This document shows positions 22,068 to 31,507 of a DNA stretch of 64,000 bases, one piece after another. The first letter of the stretch is position 1. Every line of letters begins with the position of its first letter. This DNA is from Verrucomicrobiota bacterium (lineage in GTDB: Bacteria; Verrucomicrobiota; Lentisphaeria; Lentisphaerales; Lentisphaeraceae): positions 1-64,000 of the forward strand of contig JBDKFG010000009.1 in the NCBI GenBank assembly GCA_039798785.1, written 5' to 3'. The notes below the pieces were generated by a model that made no database searches, had not been told where the DNA came from, and saw only the letters and a list, made by a program, of their open reading frames with translations. The position numbers and the translations under genes are program-made.

Positions 22068-23933
22068 TCAAATCGTCTTTTTGCGCGTCGCCAGCGACAC
22101 CAGCACCAGGGTGAGGAAGGCGAGGGGGATGGTGAGGATCGCCGGCTGCGAGAAGGGCACCAGCGCGGCATTGGCGGGGTCGGCGAGCTTGTAGACGTCC
22201 TTGCAGGCCTGTTCGGAGCAGAGGATCCAGCCGATCGAGCTGATCAGGCCGACGCTGATCGAGGCGGCGACGCCCTGCTTGGTGGTGCCCTTCCAGAAGA
22301 GGATCATCAGCAGCGCCGGCAGGTTGGCCGATGCGGCGACGTTGAAGGCCCAGCCGACGAGGAAGTTGACGTTCATATCCTTGAAGAGGATGCCCAGGCC
22401 CATGGCGAGGATGCCGACGACGACGGCGGCGATCTTGCCGGCTTTCACCTTGGCGGCCTCATCGAGGTCATGGCCGAGCAGGCCTGCCATGATGTCGTGT
22501 GCGACCGCGCCGGAGGCGGCGAGGATCAGGCCGGCGACGGTGCCGAGCACGGTGGTGAAGGCGATGGCGCAGACCAGGGCGAAGGGCCATTCGCCGTAGC
22601 TGCGGGCGAGCAGCGGCGCGGACATGTTGTTGCTGCTCGGGTCCATCGCGCCGGAGGCCATCGCGCCGAGGCCGAGGAAGAGGGTGAGGATGTAGAAGAA
22701 GCCGATCGCGGCGATGCCGACGACGGTGGACTTGCGGACCGCGCTGGCGTCCTTGACGGTGTAGTAGCGGATCAGGATGTGGGGCAGCGAGGCGGTGCCG
22801 CAGAAGAGGGCGAGCATCAGGGAGATGAAGTCGAGCTTGCCCCAGGTGAACTCATCGCCTTTCAAGGCCTTGAAGGTGGACGAGCCGCCGGGCGTGAGTA
22901 GCTCTTCGCCTTTGCGCGGCGTGGGGGCGTAGACGAAGACATCGCCTTCCTTGGGGTCCTTGATCATCGTTTCCGGCCAGGTGAGGACGGTGGAGTCTTG
23001 CAGCGTGGAAAGGAATTCCGAGGGGCTGAGGTTCCTGGCCTCCTTGCTGTCGCCGGGGAGATCGAGGACCGAGCCGACCTGCTTCAGGTCGTTGGCGGGT
23101 GTCTGGGGCAGGCCGTCGACCAGCTTGGCCTTCTTGTTGAGGGTCTGGCAGAGGACGTAGCCGCCGGCGACCTCCTTCCAGGTCTGGACGCGGCCGTCGG
23201 CGAGCCTGATCCGGCTGAGCTGCTTGTCGCTCCAAACCTTGTCGACGGCGAGGCGCTCGCCCGGAAGGGCGGCGAAGGCGGCGGCGTCGATCCTCTGGTA
23301 GTCGCCGGGCTTCTCGGTGAAGCCGCGGGCGAGGATCATCGCCACCAGGATGGTGCAGAAGACGACCAGCATCGTCCCCTTGATGAACTGCACCCAGGTG
23401 GTGGAGACCATGCCGGCGGTGGTGACGATGGCGATGACGAGGAAGCCGACGATGATCACTCCGGCCTCCTGCGGCAGGCCGAGCAGGGGCTTGACCAGGA
23501 CGCCGGCGCCGACCATCTGGGGGATGAGATAGAAGAGGCTGACGATGAGAGTGGAGAGGGCGGCGGTGGTCTTGATCGAGCGCGAGCCGAACTTGGCGTC
23601 GAGGGCGTCGGCGAAGGTGAACTTGCCGAGTTTGCGCAGCGGCTCGGCGACGACGAAGAGGGCGACCAGCCAGCCGGCGAGGTAGCCGATGGCGTAGAGG
23701 AAGCCGTCGTAACCGAAGAAGGCGATCATGCCGCAGATGCCGAGGAAGCTGGCGGCGGAGAGGTAGTCGCCGGCAAAGGCGATGCCGTTGACGAACCAGT
23801 GCACCTCGCCGTGCGCGGCGAAGTAGCCGGCGGCGGATTTCGCCTTGCGGCCGAGCCAGAAGGAGATGCCGAGGACGAGGCCGGCGAAGGCCATGAAGAT
23901 GATGATCGCCAGGGTGGAAGATGATGGAAGCAT
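22068..23933 (-). CDS. actP: Cation/acetate symporter ActP-like (SSS family) with a large inserted loop
   Basis: NGIAFAGDYLSAASFLG, YLIPQMVGAG, GTASLPHILIRYYTV, AASANLP; downstream of a DUF485 gene. Confidence 0.85.
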   Translation of the reverse strand: MLPSSSTLAIIIFMAFAGLVLGISFWLGRKAKSAAGYFAAHGEVHWFVNGIAFAGDYLSAASFLGICGMIAFFGYDGFLYAIGYLAGWLVALFVVAEPLRKLGKFTFADALDAKFGSRSIKTTAALSTLIVSLFYLIPQMVGAGVLVKPLLGLPQEAGVIIVGFLVIAIVTTAGMVSTTWVQFIKGTMLVVFCTILVAMILARGFTEKPGDYQRIDAAAFAALPGERLAVDKVWSDKQLSRIRLADGRVQTWKEVAGGYVLCQTLNKKAKLVDGLPQTPANDLKQVGSVLDLPGDSKEARNLSPSEFLSTLQDSTVLTWPETMIKDPKEGDVFVYAPTPRKGEELLTPGGSSTFKALKGDEFTWGKLDFISLMLALFCGTASLPHILIRYYTVKDASAVRKSTVVGIAAIGFFYILTLFLGLGAMASGAMDPSSNNMSAPLLARSYGEWPFALVCAIAFTTVLGTVAGLILAASGAVAHDIMAGLLGHDLDEAAKVKAGKIAAVVVGILAMGLGILFKDMNVNFLVGWAFNVAASANLPALLMILFWKGTTKQGVAASISVGLISSIGWILCSEQACKDVYKLADPANAALVPFSQPAILTIPLAFLTLVLVSLATRKKTI

Positions 23934-24009
23934 GAGGGTCTGGGGGCTGGTGAGGTTGAATGGAGGAGGGGTCTAAGCCGCAGCGAGGCGAGCGAAGCGG
24001 GAGGGCGCT

Positions 24010-24240
24010 TTATTCGTCCTTGCCCTTGGCGACCATGTAGATGGCCGAGAGAAGCACTGCCAGAGCTATCAGGGCGAAGCCCCAGTGGATGGCGAGGTTG
24101 ACGCCGTTGCCGATCTTCTTGGCCATCAAGTCGGGGCGGCAGACGGCGACCGTCATGAAACCGCCATAGGCGAGGACATAGAGGGCAAAGAGCGCGAGAC
24201 CGCGCCGGGAGGTCTGGCCTTGATCAAGATCGTGACGCAT
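24010..24240 (-). CDS. DUF485 (YjcH-like) small membrane protein
   Basis: Two TM segments, GLALF..Y..YGGF, GVNLAI.WG; typical partner upstream of actP. Confidence 0.8.
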   Translation of the reverse strand: MRHDLDQGQTSRRGLALFALYVLAYGGFMTVAVCRPDLMAKKIGNGVNLAIHWGFALIALAVLLSAIYMVAKGKDE

Positions 24241-24407
24241 GGAATATCCTTAAATGGGTGGCGGAGAAGATGTCACGGCGCCCGGCATTGACCAGCCTTG
24301 TGACACCATGGAAGGGAAATCAAAAATCTTGAAAAAATCGTCTCTATTCGTCTGGACGGAATGCAGTGTCTCGGTATCTTAGGCTCCGTCAGAAATGACA
24401 GCCCGGT

Positions 24408-24491
24408 GCTCGGGTGGCGAAATGGCAGACGCGCTAGCTTGAGGTGCTAGTGGGTAACACCGTGCGGGTTCAAGTCCCGCCTCGAGTACCA
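24408..24491 (+). tRNA. tRNA-Leu (GAG)
   Basis: GCTCGGG TGGCGAAATGGCAGACGC GCTAGC TTGAGGT GCTAG, long variable arm, GGGTTCAAGTCCC, CTCGAGT ACCA. Confidence 0.97.
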
Positions 24492-24500
24492 CAAGATTTC

Positions 24501-24533
24501 CAGGGGATTCCGCAAGGGATCCCCTGATTCTTT
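24501..24533 (+). terminator. Terminator hairpin after tRNA-Leu
   Basis: caggggattc-cgcaa-gggatcccctg followed by attcttt. Confidence 0.6.
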
Positions 24534-24615
24534 GGTGCGCCGCCGGACGGCAGCTCTTGCTTCTGGCGTTTCCCGGATAGGTTTTGCCGCATCTCACTCC
24601 ATCCGACAGGGGCGC

Positions 24616-25554
24616 ATGACACCGAGACTAGACCAGATCTCCCTTCACAGCTACGAGCGCCAAGGCCTGAAGGCGGCGCTGCTCCGGCTGCTCGCGCCTC
24701 ACGGCGGACTGGCGGCGCTGGCCCCCGGTAAACGGGTTTTGCTCAAGCCCAATTTCGTCATGCCGGAGAAGCCTGAAGATCCCTCCTGCACCCATCCCGA
24801 CTTCTACATGGCGGTGGCCGAACTTCTCCTTGAGGAGGGTCGCGCCGTCAGCATCGGCGAATCACCGGCCTTCGGCTCCTGCGAGAAGGGCCTGCGGATG
24901 CATGGCGTCTACGACGAGTGCCGTAGTCGCGGCATCGGCATCGTCGAGTTCAGCGGCAGCCGCAAGTTCGAGGGCGTCGCTGGCGACTCCTGGTATGAGG
25001 AGCTCAGCGTCGCCGGCGAGCTGCGTGACTTCGACGCCGTGATCAATCTTCCCAAACTCAAGGTGCACCAGCAGTTCGTCCTCACCGGAGCGGTCAAAAA
25101 CCTCTACGGATGCGTGGTCGGGCGCCGTAAGTTCCTCCGCCACAATCTCTGCGATAACGACCCCCGGCGCTTTGCCCGGATGATCATCGCCAATGCCGAC
25201 GCGGTCGCGGCGACGCTGCATCTTGGCGACGGCATCGTCGCCATGCACATCAAAGGGCCTCGCGGCGGCCGCCCCTATCCTCTCGGCCAGATCCTCCTCG
25301 CCCAGGATCCCTATGCGCACGACTGGCTGCAGGCGTTGCTGATGGATCACCAGCCCCATGCCCTGCCTCTTTTTCAGGCCTTGGATCCCGCCCGGCTTGA
25401 GGCCGCCCGTGCCGCGGCCGAAGCCTTGTTCCATGAACGAGGCCTGAAGCCCGCGACCAGCCTCGTGCCCTCTTTCCGCACCGACATCTCCTTCAGCCCC
25501 CGCGCCATCCTCCGTTCCGCCTGGAGGCTGCTTAAGTTCAAGCTTCGTCGATAA
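24616..25554 (+). CDS. DUF362 domain protein
   Basis: VLLKPN, THP, INLPKLKVH, TGAVKNLYGC, DGIVAM..GP.GG. Confidence 0.85.
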   Translation: MTPRLDQISLHSYERQGLKAALLRLLAPHGGLAALAPGKRVLLKPNFVMPEKPEDPSCTHPDFYMAVAELLLEEGRAVSIGESPAFGSCEKGLRMHGVYDECRSRGIGIVEFSGSRKFEGVAGDSWYEELSVAGELRDFDAVINLPKLKVHQQFVLTGAVKNLYGCVVGRRKFLRHNLCDNDPRRFARMIIANADAVAATLHLGDGIVAMHIKGPRGGRPYPLGQILLAQDPYAHDWLQALLMDHQPHALPLFQALDPARLEAARAAAEALFHERGLKPATSLVPSFRTDISFSPRAILRSAWRLLKFKLRR

Positions 25555-25629
25555 GCTGCCGAGATCTTGATTCCTGGCCGAATCCGCCTAGGATTAGCGC
25601 CAATTAGGTAAAATCAGGAGAAGCCGTCC

Positions 25630-26262
25630 GTGTCGACCCAGAATCGTGAATCCCAGAACAGCCTCACGCCTCGTTGCGCCCTGGAGCTGCTGAAAGACGG
25701 CAACCGCCGCTTCATCAACAATCTCCAGACCGACCGCGACATGCTTCACCAGGTGAACGCCACCAAGGACGGCCAGTATCCCTTCGCGGTGATTCTTTCC
25801 TGCATCGACTCGCGGACCTCGGCCGAATTGATCTTCGACCTGGGCCTCGGCGACATCTTTTCGGTGCGCATCGCCGGCAACGTCCTCAACGAAGACATCC
25901 TGGGCAGTATGGAGTTTGCCTGCAAGATCGCTGGCTCTAAACTCATCCTGGTCCTCGGCCACACTCGCTGCGGCGCGGTGAAAGGCGCCTGCGACCATGT
26001 CGAAATGGGGAATCTGACGACCTTGCTCAACAAGATCTACCCGGTGATCCGTTCCCTGAAAAAGCATCCCGAGACTGCAGAGCTGGCTCCAAACGCCTTC
26101 GTCGAACGCGTCGCCAAGGAGAACGTGCGCCAGGTGCTGCGCGCCATCCCCAGCCGCTCGCCGATCCTTGCCGACCTGATCGAGCAGGGCCGCATCGGTC
26201 TCGCCGGCGGTCTTTACGATGTCGAGAGCGGAGAAGTGCAGTTTTTCGATGAGATGTTCTGA
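25630..26262 (+). CDS. Beta-class carbonic anhydrase
   Basis: GNRRF, LSCIDSR, RIAGN, LGHTRCGAV, YDVESG. Confidence 0.95.
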   Translation: MSTQNRESQNSLTPRCALELLKDGNRRFINNLQTDRDMLHQVNATKDGQYPFAVILSCIDSRTSAELIFDLGLGDIFSVRIAGNVLNEDILGSMEFACKIAGSKLILVLGHTRCGAVKGACDHVEMGNLTTLLNKIYPVIRSLKKHPETAELAPNAFVERVAKENVRQVLRAIPSRSPILADLIEQGRIGLAGGLYDVESGEVQFFDEMF

Positions 26263-26264
26263 GT

Positions 26265-27320
26265 TCAGGCCGGGGCGGAACCGGCGACGTCGCGCCTTGC
26301 GTCCGCCTGAAGATCGATGACCCGGTCCTGTTCGTCGACGATTTCGCCGGTGATGACTTCAAGAACGTCCTCGAGAGTGACGATGCCGGCGACGCCGCCG
26401 TCTTCATCGACGACGACGGCGAGATGCTGGCGGCTTTCCTGGAATTCCCGCAGTAGGCGGTGGGCAGGCGCTTGCCGGGGGACAAATCGGACCTTGCGGC
26501 AGAAGTTCTCGACCGGTTCGTCGGCGCGGCCCTGGACCAGGCCGGCGAGGAGATCGGAGCGCAGCACCATGCCGACCACCTGGTCGGGGCTGCCGTTGAT
26601 CAAGACGATGCGGGAATGGGGGGCGGCCAGGATCTGCGCCTGCAGCGCCCCGAGAGTGGCGGAGACATCGAAGGAGAACATCCGGACCCGGGGCGTCATG
26701 ATCTGCGAGGCGAGGGTGTCGTCGAGCTCGAAGACTTTCTGGATCATCTCCGACTCGTGGCGGTCGATCTCGCCCTCATGGGCGCCAATGCGGGCGAGCA
26801 TGCGGATCTCGGATTCGTCGGTGGTCGTGCCCTCTTCGGCGCGCAGCATGGGCTTGGTCAGCAGGCTGATCAGCCAGACCAGTGGGGTGAGCAGGACGGA
26901 GAGCCAGCGCAGGGGTATGGCGGAGTTGTAGGCGACGCTTTCGCTGTGGCGTTCGCCGAGGGTCTTGGGCAGGATTTCGGCGAAGACGATGATCAGGAGG
27001 GAGAGAAGGCCCATGACCGCTCCGAAAGCCAGGGCGACGCTTCGCTCGTCCTGGCCGAAGATTTCGCTGAAGTGCGCAGTGGCGACGACACCGATGAGGG
27101 CGGGGCCATTGGCGCCGAAGATGTTGGAGAGGATGACCAGGACCGAGATGGTGCGCGGCATGTCATCAGTGACCTCCTTCAGCGCCAGGGAGCGGCGGGT
27201 GCCGCGATCAAGGAGCTGGCGGACGCGCGCTTCGGGGATGGAGAGCACCGCTGCCTCGACCAGGGAGCACAATCCTGAAGTCAAGATGACGGCAGCCGAG
27301 AGTATAAGGAGGGTGAACAT
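26265..27320 (-). CDS. CNNM/DUF21 + tandem CBS domain membrane protein (hemolysin/CorB-like)
   Basis: SGLCS..EAA, AEILPKT, IMTPR, HSRI, VVDE.GG..GIVTLEDVLE.I.GEI.DE. Confidence 0.9.
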   Translation of the reverse strand: MFTLLILSAAVILTSGLCSLVEAAVLSIPEARVRQLLDRGTRRSLALKEVTDDMPRTISVLVILSNIFGANGPALIGVVATAHFSEIFGQDERSVALAFGAVMGLLSLLIIVFAEILPKTLGERHSESVAYNSAIPLRWLSVLLTPLVWLISLLTKPMLRAEEGTTTDESEIRMLARIGAHEGEIDRHESEMIQKVFELDDTLASQIMTPRVRMFSFDVSATLGALQAQILAAPHSRIVLINGSPDQVVGMVLRSDLLAGLVQGRADEPVENFCRKVRFVPRQAPAHRLLREFQESRQHLAVVVDEDGGVAGIVTLEDVLEVITGEIVDEQDRVIDLQADARRDVAGSAPA

Positions 27321-27340
27321 GTATGGAGTTGGAGATCAAC

Positions 27341-27961
27341 TCAGGACTTGTCTTCGTCGACGAAGCTTTCCTTGCCTCCGGAGAAGTATTTGTCTTCATC
27401 GATGATGATGCCGGAAGGGTTGCGGCCGCGTTCGTCGATGCTGGTCAAGCGGGCGATTTCATTGCTCGAAAGGCCATTGATCGAAAGCCCTTCCGACTGG
27501 CCGCCGCTGGCAGGGGGCAGCTTGACGTTGGCTTGGGTGGGAGGGCGGCTGAGCGAGGCGGCGGTCGGGCTGCGAGGCTGGGGCGGCGCGGCTGGCGGCG
27601 GTGGCGCAGGAGAGGAAGGCGCGGAAGAGGCGGAGGTCTTCCGGCGGGCCATGAAGATCCCTGCTCCGGCGAGCGCGGCAAGCACCAGGACGCCGATGGC
27701 GATCGGCAGGACCGGCACAGCTTCCTCCCCGGCGCCTGAGCTCCCGGTGCTGACCTGGGTGAGCAGGGGCGGTGCTTCCTCGGCGGCTTCTTCATCGATC
27801 ACTTTCTTGGGTTTTTTCTTCTCTGCCGGCTTGCTTTCGGCCGGGGCCTGAAGCTTGCGGTCGTCGAGGTAGCCGTTGCCATCGACTGGCACAGAGGAAT
27901 CCGCGGCGCTGAGCAGCCGCGGCAGAAGACAGGCGAGAGAGAGGAGGACGAGGATACGCAT
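27341..27961 (-). CDS. Hypothetical single-pass membrane protein with Pro-rich cytoplasmic linker
   Basis: Signal peptide, TM (IAIGVLVLAALAGAGIF), PAPPPPAAPP, acidic C-terminus. Confidence 0.65.
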   Translation of the reverse strand: MRILVLLSLACLLPRLLSAADSSVPVDGNGYLDDRKLQAPAESKPAEKKKPKKVIDEEAAEEAPPLLTQVSTGSSGAGEEAVPVLPIAIGVLVLAALAGAGIFMARRKTSASSAPSSPAPPPPAAPPQPRSPTAASLSRPPTQANVKLPPASGGQSEGLSINGLSSNEIARLTSIDERGRNPSGIIIDEDKYFSGGKESFVDEDKS

Positions 27962-28032
27962 GATTCGGGGATGCTTGTACGGTTGGCTTGGGCTGAGAAG
28001 CTAAATCGTCCGGCGGAAAATTCAACCGTTAC

Positions 28033-28488
28033 TCAGGGCTTGTGAGTCTGGAAGGTGGCGGTGACGTCACGGGCGACGACGGCGTCGCGGCGGCTGATCT
28101 CGTCGAAAAGAGCTTCGAGGTTGCGGCTGGATCGGTCGGCGTACATCTTGACCAGCCCGGGGCTGGCTTCTTGATTGAAGACGACGAGAAGGACCACGTC
28201 GGTGCCGATGGCGTGCATCAGCAGGCCCTTGCCCTTGCCTTGGTGGACGATGGAATCGAAATCCCTTTCGCCGACGACGCCGGCGAGCTCCCGCGTCGCT
28301 GCATAGGAGCCGGCGACCAGGGCGGCGAGGAGCTCCTGTTCGTCGTCGAAGCCTTCGCCTTCCTTCACCAGGACCGAACCGCCGCGGTCGCAGAGGATGG
28401 CGACGGAGGCTTCGGAAAGGTCGAGCAGGCTGAGAAGCTCGGCGGTGAGGATGTCGCAGTCACGCTGCGTCAGTTCATAGGCCATCAT
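28033..28488 (-). CDS. mglB: Roadblock/LC7 protein, MglB-like GAP
   Basis: AILCDRGG.VL, AALVAGSYAATRELA..VGE..F...HQG, GLVK. Confidence 0.85.
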   Translation of the reverse strand: MMAYELTQRDCDILTAELLSLLDLSEASVAILCDRGGSVLVKEGEGFDDEQELLAALVAGSYAATRELAGVVGERDFDSIVHQGKGKGLLMHAIGTDVVLLVVFNQEASPGLVKMYADRSSRNLEALFDEISRRDAVVARDVTATFQTHKP

Positions 28489-28504
28489 GAGGGCGGCCTC
28501 GCGT

Positions 28505-29107
28505 TCAGGAGTTGTTGCGTTTGTCGAGGAAGTCCTGGAGGACCAGCTTGGCGATGGCGTTGAGGCTCTCTATCACCCCGTCGCCCTTGAAGGCGGCGGC
28601 CTCGATGGTGGGGTGGCGGATGGGCCCGCGGTTGAGAAGGAAGTCGAGATATTCAAGAGGCGCGGCATCCGGCAGGTCGCGCTTGTTGTACTGGAGGATC
28701 AGGGGCATCTTGGCCAGGGTGTCGTTCTGGTCGCGAAGGTTCTCCTCGAGATTCTGCAGCGATTCGAGGTTCTCGGGCATCTTGGCCAGGGAGGAGTCGG
28801 CGACGAAGACGATGCCGTCGCAGGAGCGGAGGACCAGCTTCCGGGTCGAGTTGTACTTCACCTGTCCGGGGACGGTGTACATCATGAATTTGGTGGTGAA
28901 GCCTTCGATGGCGTCGGTCTTGAGGGGCATGAAGTCGAAGAAGAGGGTGCGGTCCTGGCTGGTGGCGAGGGAGCTCATCTTGCCCTTCGCCTCCTCGGGA
29001 AGGCGGTCGTGGACGATCTGCAAGTTGGTCGTCTTGCCGCACATGCCCGGCCCGTAGTAGACGATTTTGAACTGGATCTCCTTCTTGGCGTAATTCACCA
29101 TCGCCAT
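28505..29107 (-). CDS. mglA: Small Ras-like GTPase MglA
   Basis: KIVYYGPGMCGKTTNL, DRTLFFDF, YTVPGQV, FVADS, QYNKRDL. Confidence 0.93.
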   Translation of the reverse strand: MAMVNYAKKEIQFKIVYYGPGMCGKTTNLQIVHDRLPEEAKGKMSSLATSQDRTLFFDFMPLKTDAIEGFTTKFMMYTVPGQVKYNSTRKLVLRSCDGIVFVADSSLAKMPENLESLQNLEENLRDQNDTLAKMPLILQYNKRDLPDAAPLEYLDFLLNRGPIRHPTIEAAAFKGDGVIESLNAIAKLVLQDFLDKRNNS

Positions 29108-29111
29108 AAGT

Positions 29112-29747
29112 TCATCTCCCGATCGTTGGGGGTTCGGATTTCAAGTGCGGCCTGCCGGGCGGGCAGCTGAAGAGCTTGAGTTCGGGACAGGACCGTTGAA
29201 CGGCGTCCAACATAGCGCCGTCCAGGGGATTGATAAGGGCCAGGCACAAAGCTCCGGCTTCGCGGCAGGAGAAAAGTCCTGGCGCGGTGCGATGCCAGCT
29301 CCGTTCCGGAGCCCAGGGAAGCCCCAGAGAAGCGATCAGAGTGCCGTAGCCGTCGGCATCGCGCTCCCAGGCGCGGCGTAGCCTCGCCTCCCAGGTCTGT
29401 CCCGTCATTGCGAGCTCCTCCTCTGGATCAAGGAGGCCATGCTCGAAGAGGCGGTCGAGAAGACGGGCCGAGTCGCGCCGCGACGGCACGGGCAAGTCGA
29501 GCTGGGAGATGGAGTCCGGCGGACGCGGACGCGGCGGCGGGGCGGCAGGCAGGCGGACCAGGGTCTTGATCCGCTCGCTCGCCGCGACGGCCGGAGGGGA
29601 GGCTGGCGGCGGCGGCAAGCTCCCATGGAGATGGCTGCGCAAGGCGAGAACCCGCGCCCGGGCATGGATGTCTCCCGGCATGCGTTCGAGAATCGATTCA
29701 TAGAGACGGAGTTCGTCCCAAAGTTTCTGCTCTTCGCCCGGATCCAT
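29112..29747 (-). CDS. Hypothetical protein heading the mglAB operon (possible degenerate GspE-N-like C-terminus)
   Basis: Ends 4 bp before mglA; helical N-terminus, Pro-rich linker, LCLALINPLD. Confidence 0.55.
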   Translation of the reverse strand: MDPGEEQKLWDELRLYESILERMPGDIHARARVLALRSHLHGSLPPPPASPPAVAASERIKTLVRLPAAPPPRPRPPDSISQLDLPVPSRRDSARLLDRLFEHGLLDPEEELAMTGQTWEARLRRAWERDADGYGTLIASLGLPWAPERSWHRTAPGLFSCREAGALCLALINPLDGAMLDAVQRSCPELKLFSCPPGRPHLKSEPPTIGR

Positions 29748-29898
29748 CGCTGTATTCCCGCTTTCTTGTCACCCAGTATACCACGGAAGGGGGGGCGATG
29801 ACAAGTCTCCCGGCTCTTCAAATCAAACAAAAGATGGCGCCGGGCTGCCCGGCGCGACGAGCTTGGGCCGGTTCCGTCGCGAAAGCACGGGCGTCGGC

Positions 29899-30645
29899 TT
29901 ACGGCTCCAGGGCTTCACCGGCTTCACCGGACTCCGGAAGCTCGAGAGCGCCGCTGAAATTCATCGGATGCTGCTCTCGGATCGAATCGCAATTTTCCTT
30001 GCGGACCATCTGGAAATGGCGCCCGCCCTTGAAGGACTCGAAGCACCAGCCGAGCAGACGGTCATTCTCCAGCGCGACGGTGTCGATCTCAGTCGCCAGG
30101 GCTTCGCAGACGAGAAAGCGCGCATCAGAAGGCTCGGCCCAGAATTCCTGGACCGCGGACTCCTGATTGCTCGAAGGCAGGCCGCAGAAAGAGACGACGA
30201 GCACCTTGCCGGGGTGGCGGCGGAGAATCCCTTTGAGCTCGGAGAGACGGATGAAAACCGGCTGCGGATGCAGCCTCTCGATGCTGTGGCTTTGCGGACA
30301 GCCGGACTTCTCCAGGAAGGCTTGAGCCTGCGCCCGTACGACCGGCTCGCTGTCGCCGGCATGGAATAGGAATACGGTCTTCTCGAATTCTGCGAGCCGG
30401 CCTTTGAAAGCCGTCGCGACGAAATCGCTGCGTTCGACCCGGACTTTGCAGGCCGCGGCGGCGATCTTGTCCTCGAACTGGCCGTCTTCGTCGCGAAGGA
30501 CCCCGTACATCGCCGTGCCGACGGCGGCGAGGCCGAAGGCGAGGGCGAGGAGCGTCAGTCCCGGCTTGGGACGAGCCGATCTCTTGCGTCGGGCCATCAC
30601 CAAGAAGAGTCCGAGGAGGCAGCCGCAGATGATCAAAGTGCTCAT
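29899..30645 (-). CDS. Hypothetical membrane-anchored protein
   Basis: ATG overlaps the upstream stop (ATGA); two N-terminal TM segments. Confidence 0.6.
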   Translation of the reverse strand: MSTLIICGCLLGLFLVMARRKRSARPKPGLTLLALAFGLAAVGTAMYGVLRDEDGQFEDKIAAAACKVRVERSDFVATAFKGRLAEFEKTVFLFHAGDSEPVVRAQAQAFLEKSGCPQSHSIERLHPQPVFIRLSELKGILRRHPGKVLVVSFCGLPSSNQESAVQEFWAEPSDARFLVCEALATEIDTVALENDRLLGWCFESFKGGRHFQMVRKENCDSIREQHPMNFSGALELPESGEAGEALEP

Positions 30646-31355
30646 TTGAAGGCTCCGTTCCATCCGTAGTTGAACATCTGATCCCAGCCGAAGTTGGGCA
30701 CATAGGGCAGGATGCTGGCCGGATCGGTCTTGTTCCAGTTGCAGCTTCCGTCGAGGCGAAGCACCATGAAGCCGTCGCGGTGCAGCGGCTTGTACATGCT
30801 GTCGACCTGCAGCGGCGTCTCACCGGAATCCGCCACTCTGGCGTTGCGGCCCCAGCGAGAACCGGGGATCATGCCGACGCTGCCGTTCCAGGCGTAGGAG
30901 GATCCCGTCCATTCCGACTTGCCGAAAAGCGACCAGCTCCCCGTGCCGCTCCCCTCGTAGGTGATTTCCATTCCGGCGTGATAGCCGGAACTCAGCTTCT
31001 TCGCCATCGGACAGTAGACCAGCCTGCCGTCGCTCAGATAGCCTTCCTTGTAGAGCAGACCTTGAGCCATGTAGCCGTCGGAGGCGGCCCAGATGGCGTC
31101 GTTGCCCTCCGCCGCGGCGATCGCGCCGTTGGCGCCGAAACCCTTGTTTGGCGACGCCCAGGGGAAATTGCCTCGCTGGTTCTGCGCCGAACGCATCGCG
31201 CCGAGGTAGATCTGATGCTGATTGTTGCCGCACAGGACCATCTTCGTCTTCTGCCGGGCCTTGAGCAGCGCCGGATGCAGCATCGATACCAGGATCAGGA
31301 TGACGACGATGACGCAAAAGAGCTCAATCAGAGTGAAATGGCGGCGGGCGTTCAT
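30642..31355 (-). CDS. Prepilin-type N-terminal cleavage/methylation protein (PVC DUF1559-like)
   Basis: RRHFTLIELFCVIVVILILVSML.PAL.KAR....CGNNQHQI; C-terminal H..G...L..DG. Confidence 0.85.
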   Translation of the reverse strand: MNARRHFTLIELFCVIVVILILVSMLHPALLKARQKTKMVLCGNNQHQIYLGAMRSAQNQRGNFPWASPNKGFGANGAIAAAEGNDAIWAASDGYMAQGLLYKEGYLSDGRLVYCPMAKKLSSGYHAGMEITYEGSGTGSWSLFGKSEWTGSSYAWNGSVGMIPGSRWGRNARVADSGETPLQVDSMYKPLHRDGFMVLRLDGSCNWNKTDPASILPYVPNFGWDQMFNYGWNGAFK

Positions 31356-31507
31356 CGGTGGTCCTCGGGGCTGGCGTGGAGTTTCTTCACCTGCTAGAAC
31401 TCAGACGAACCAAGCGCCGTTGCATGAAAATCCGGATTTTTCGAAAATAAATTTTCGCGGACTTGTGCCCTGCGCTTCTCCCGGCCTAGAATGGTGGCGA
31501 GGGGGGC

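Noticed and set aside
24408..24540. Integrative element or prophage at tRNA-Leu or tRNA-Trp
   Set aside because: No integrase, phage genes or duplicated tRNA 3' end were seen
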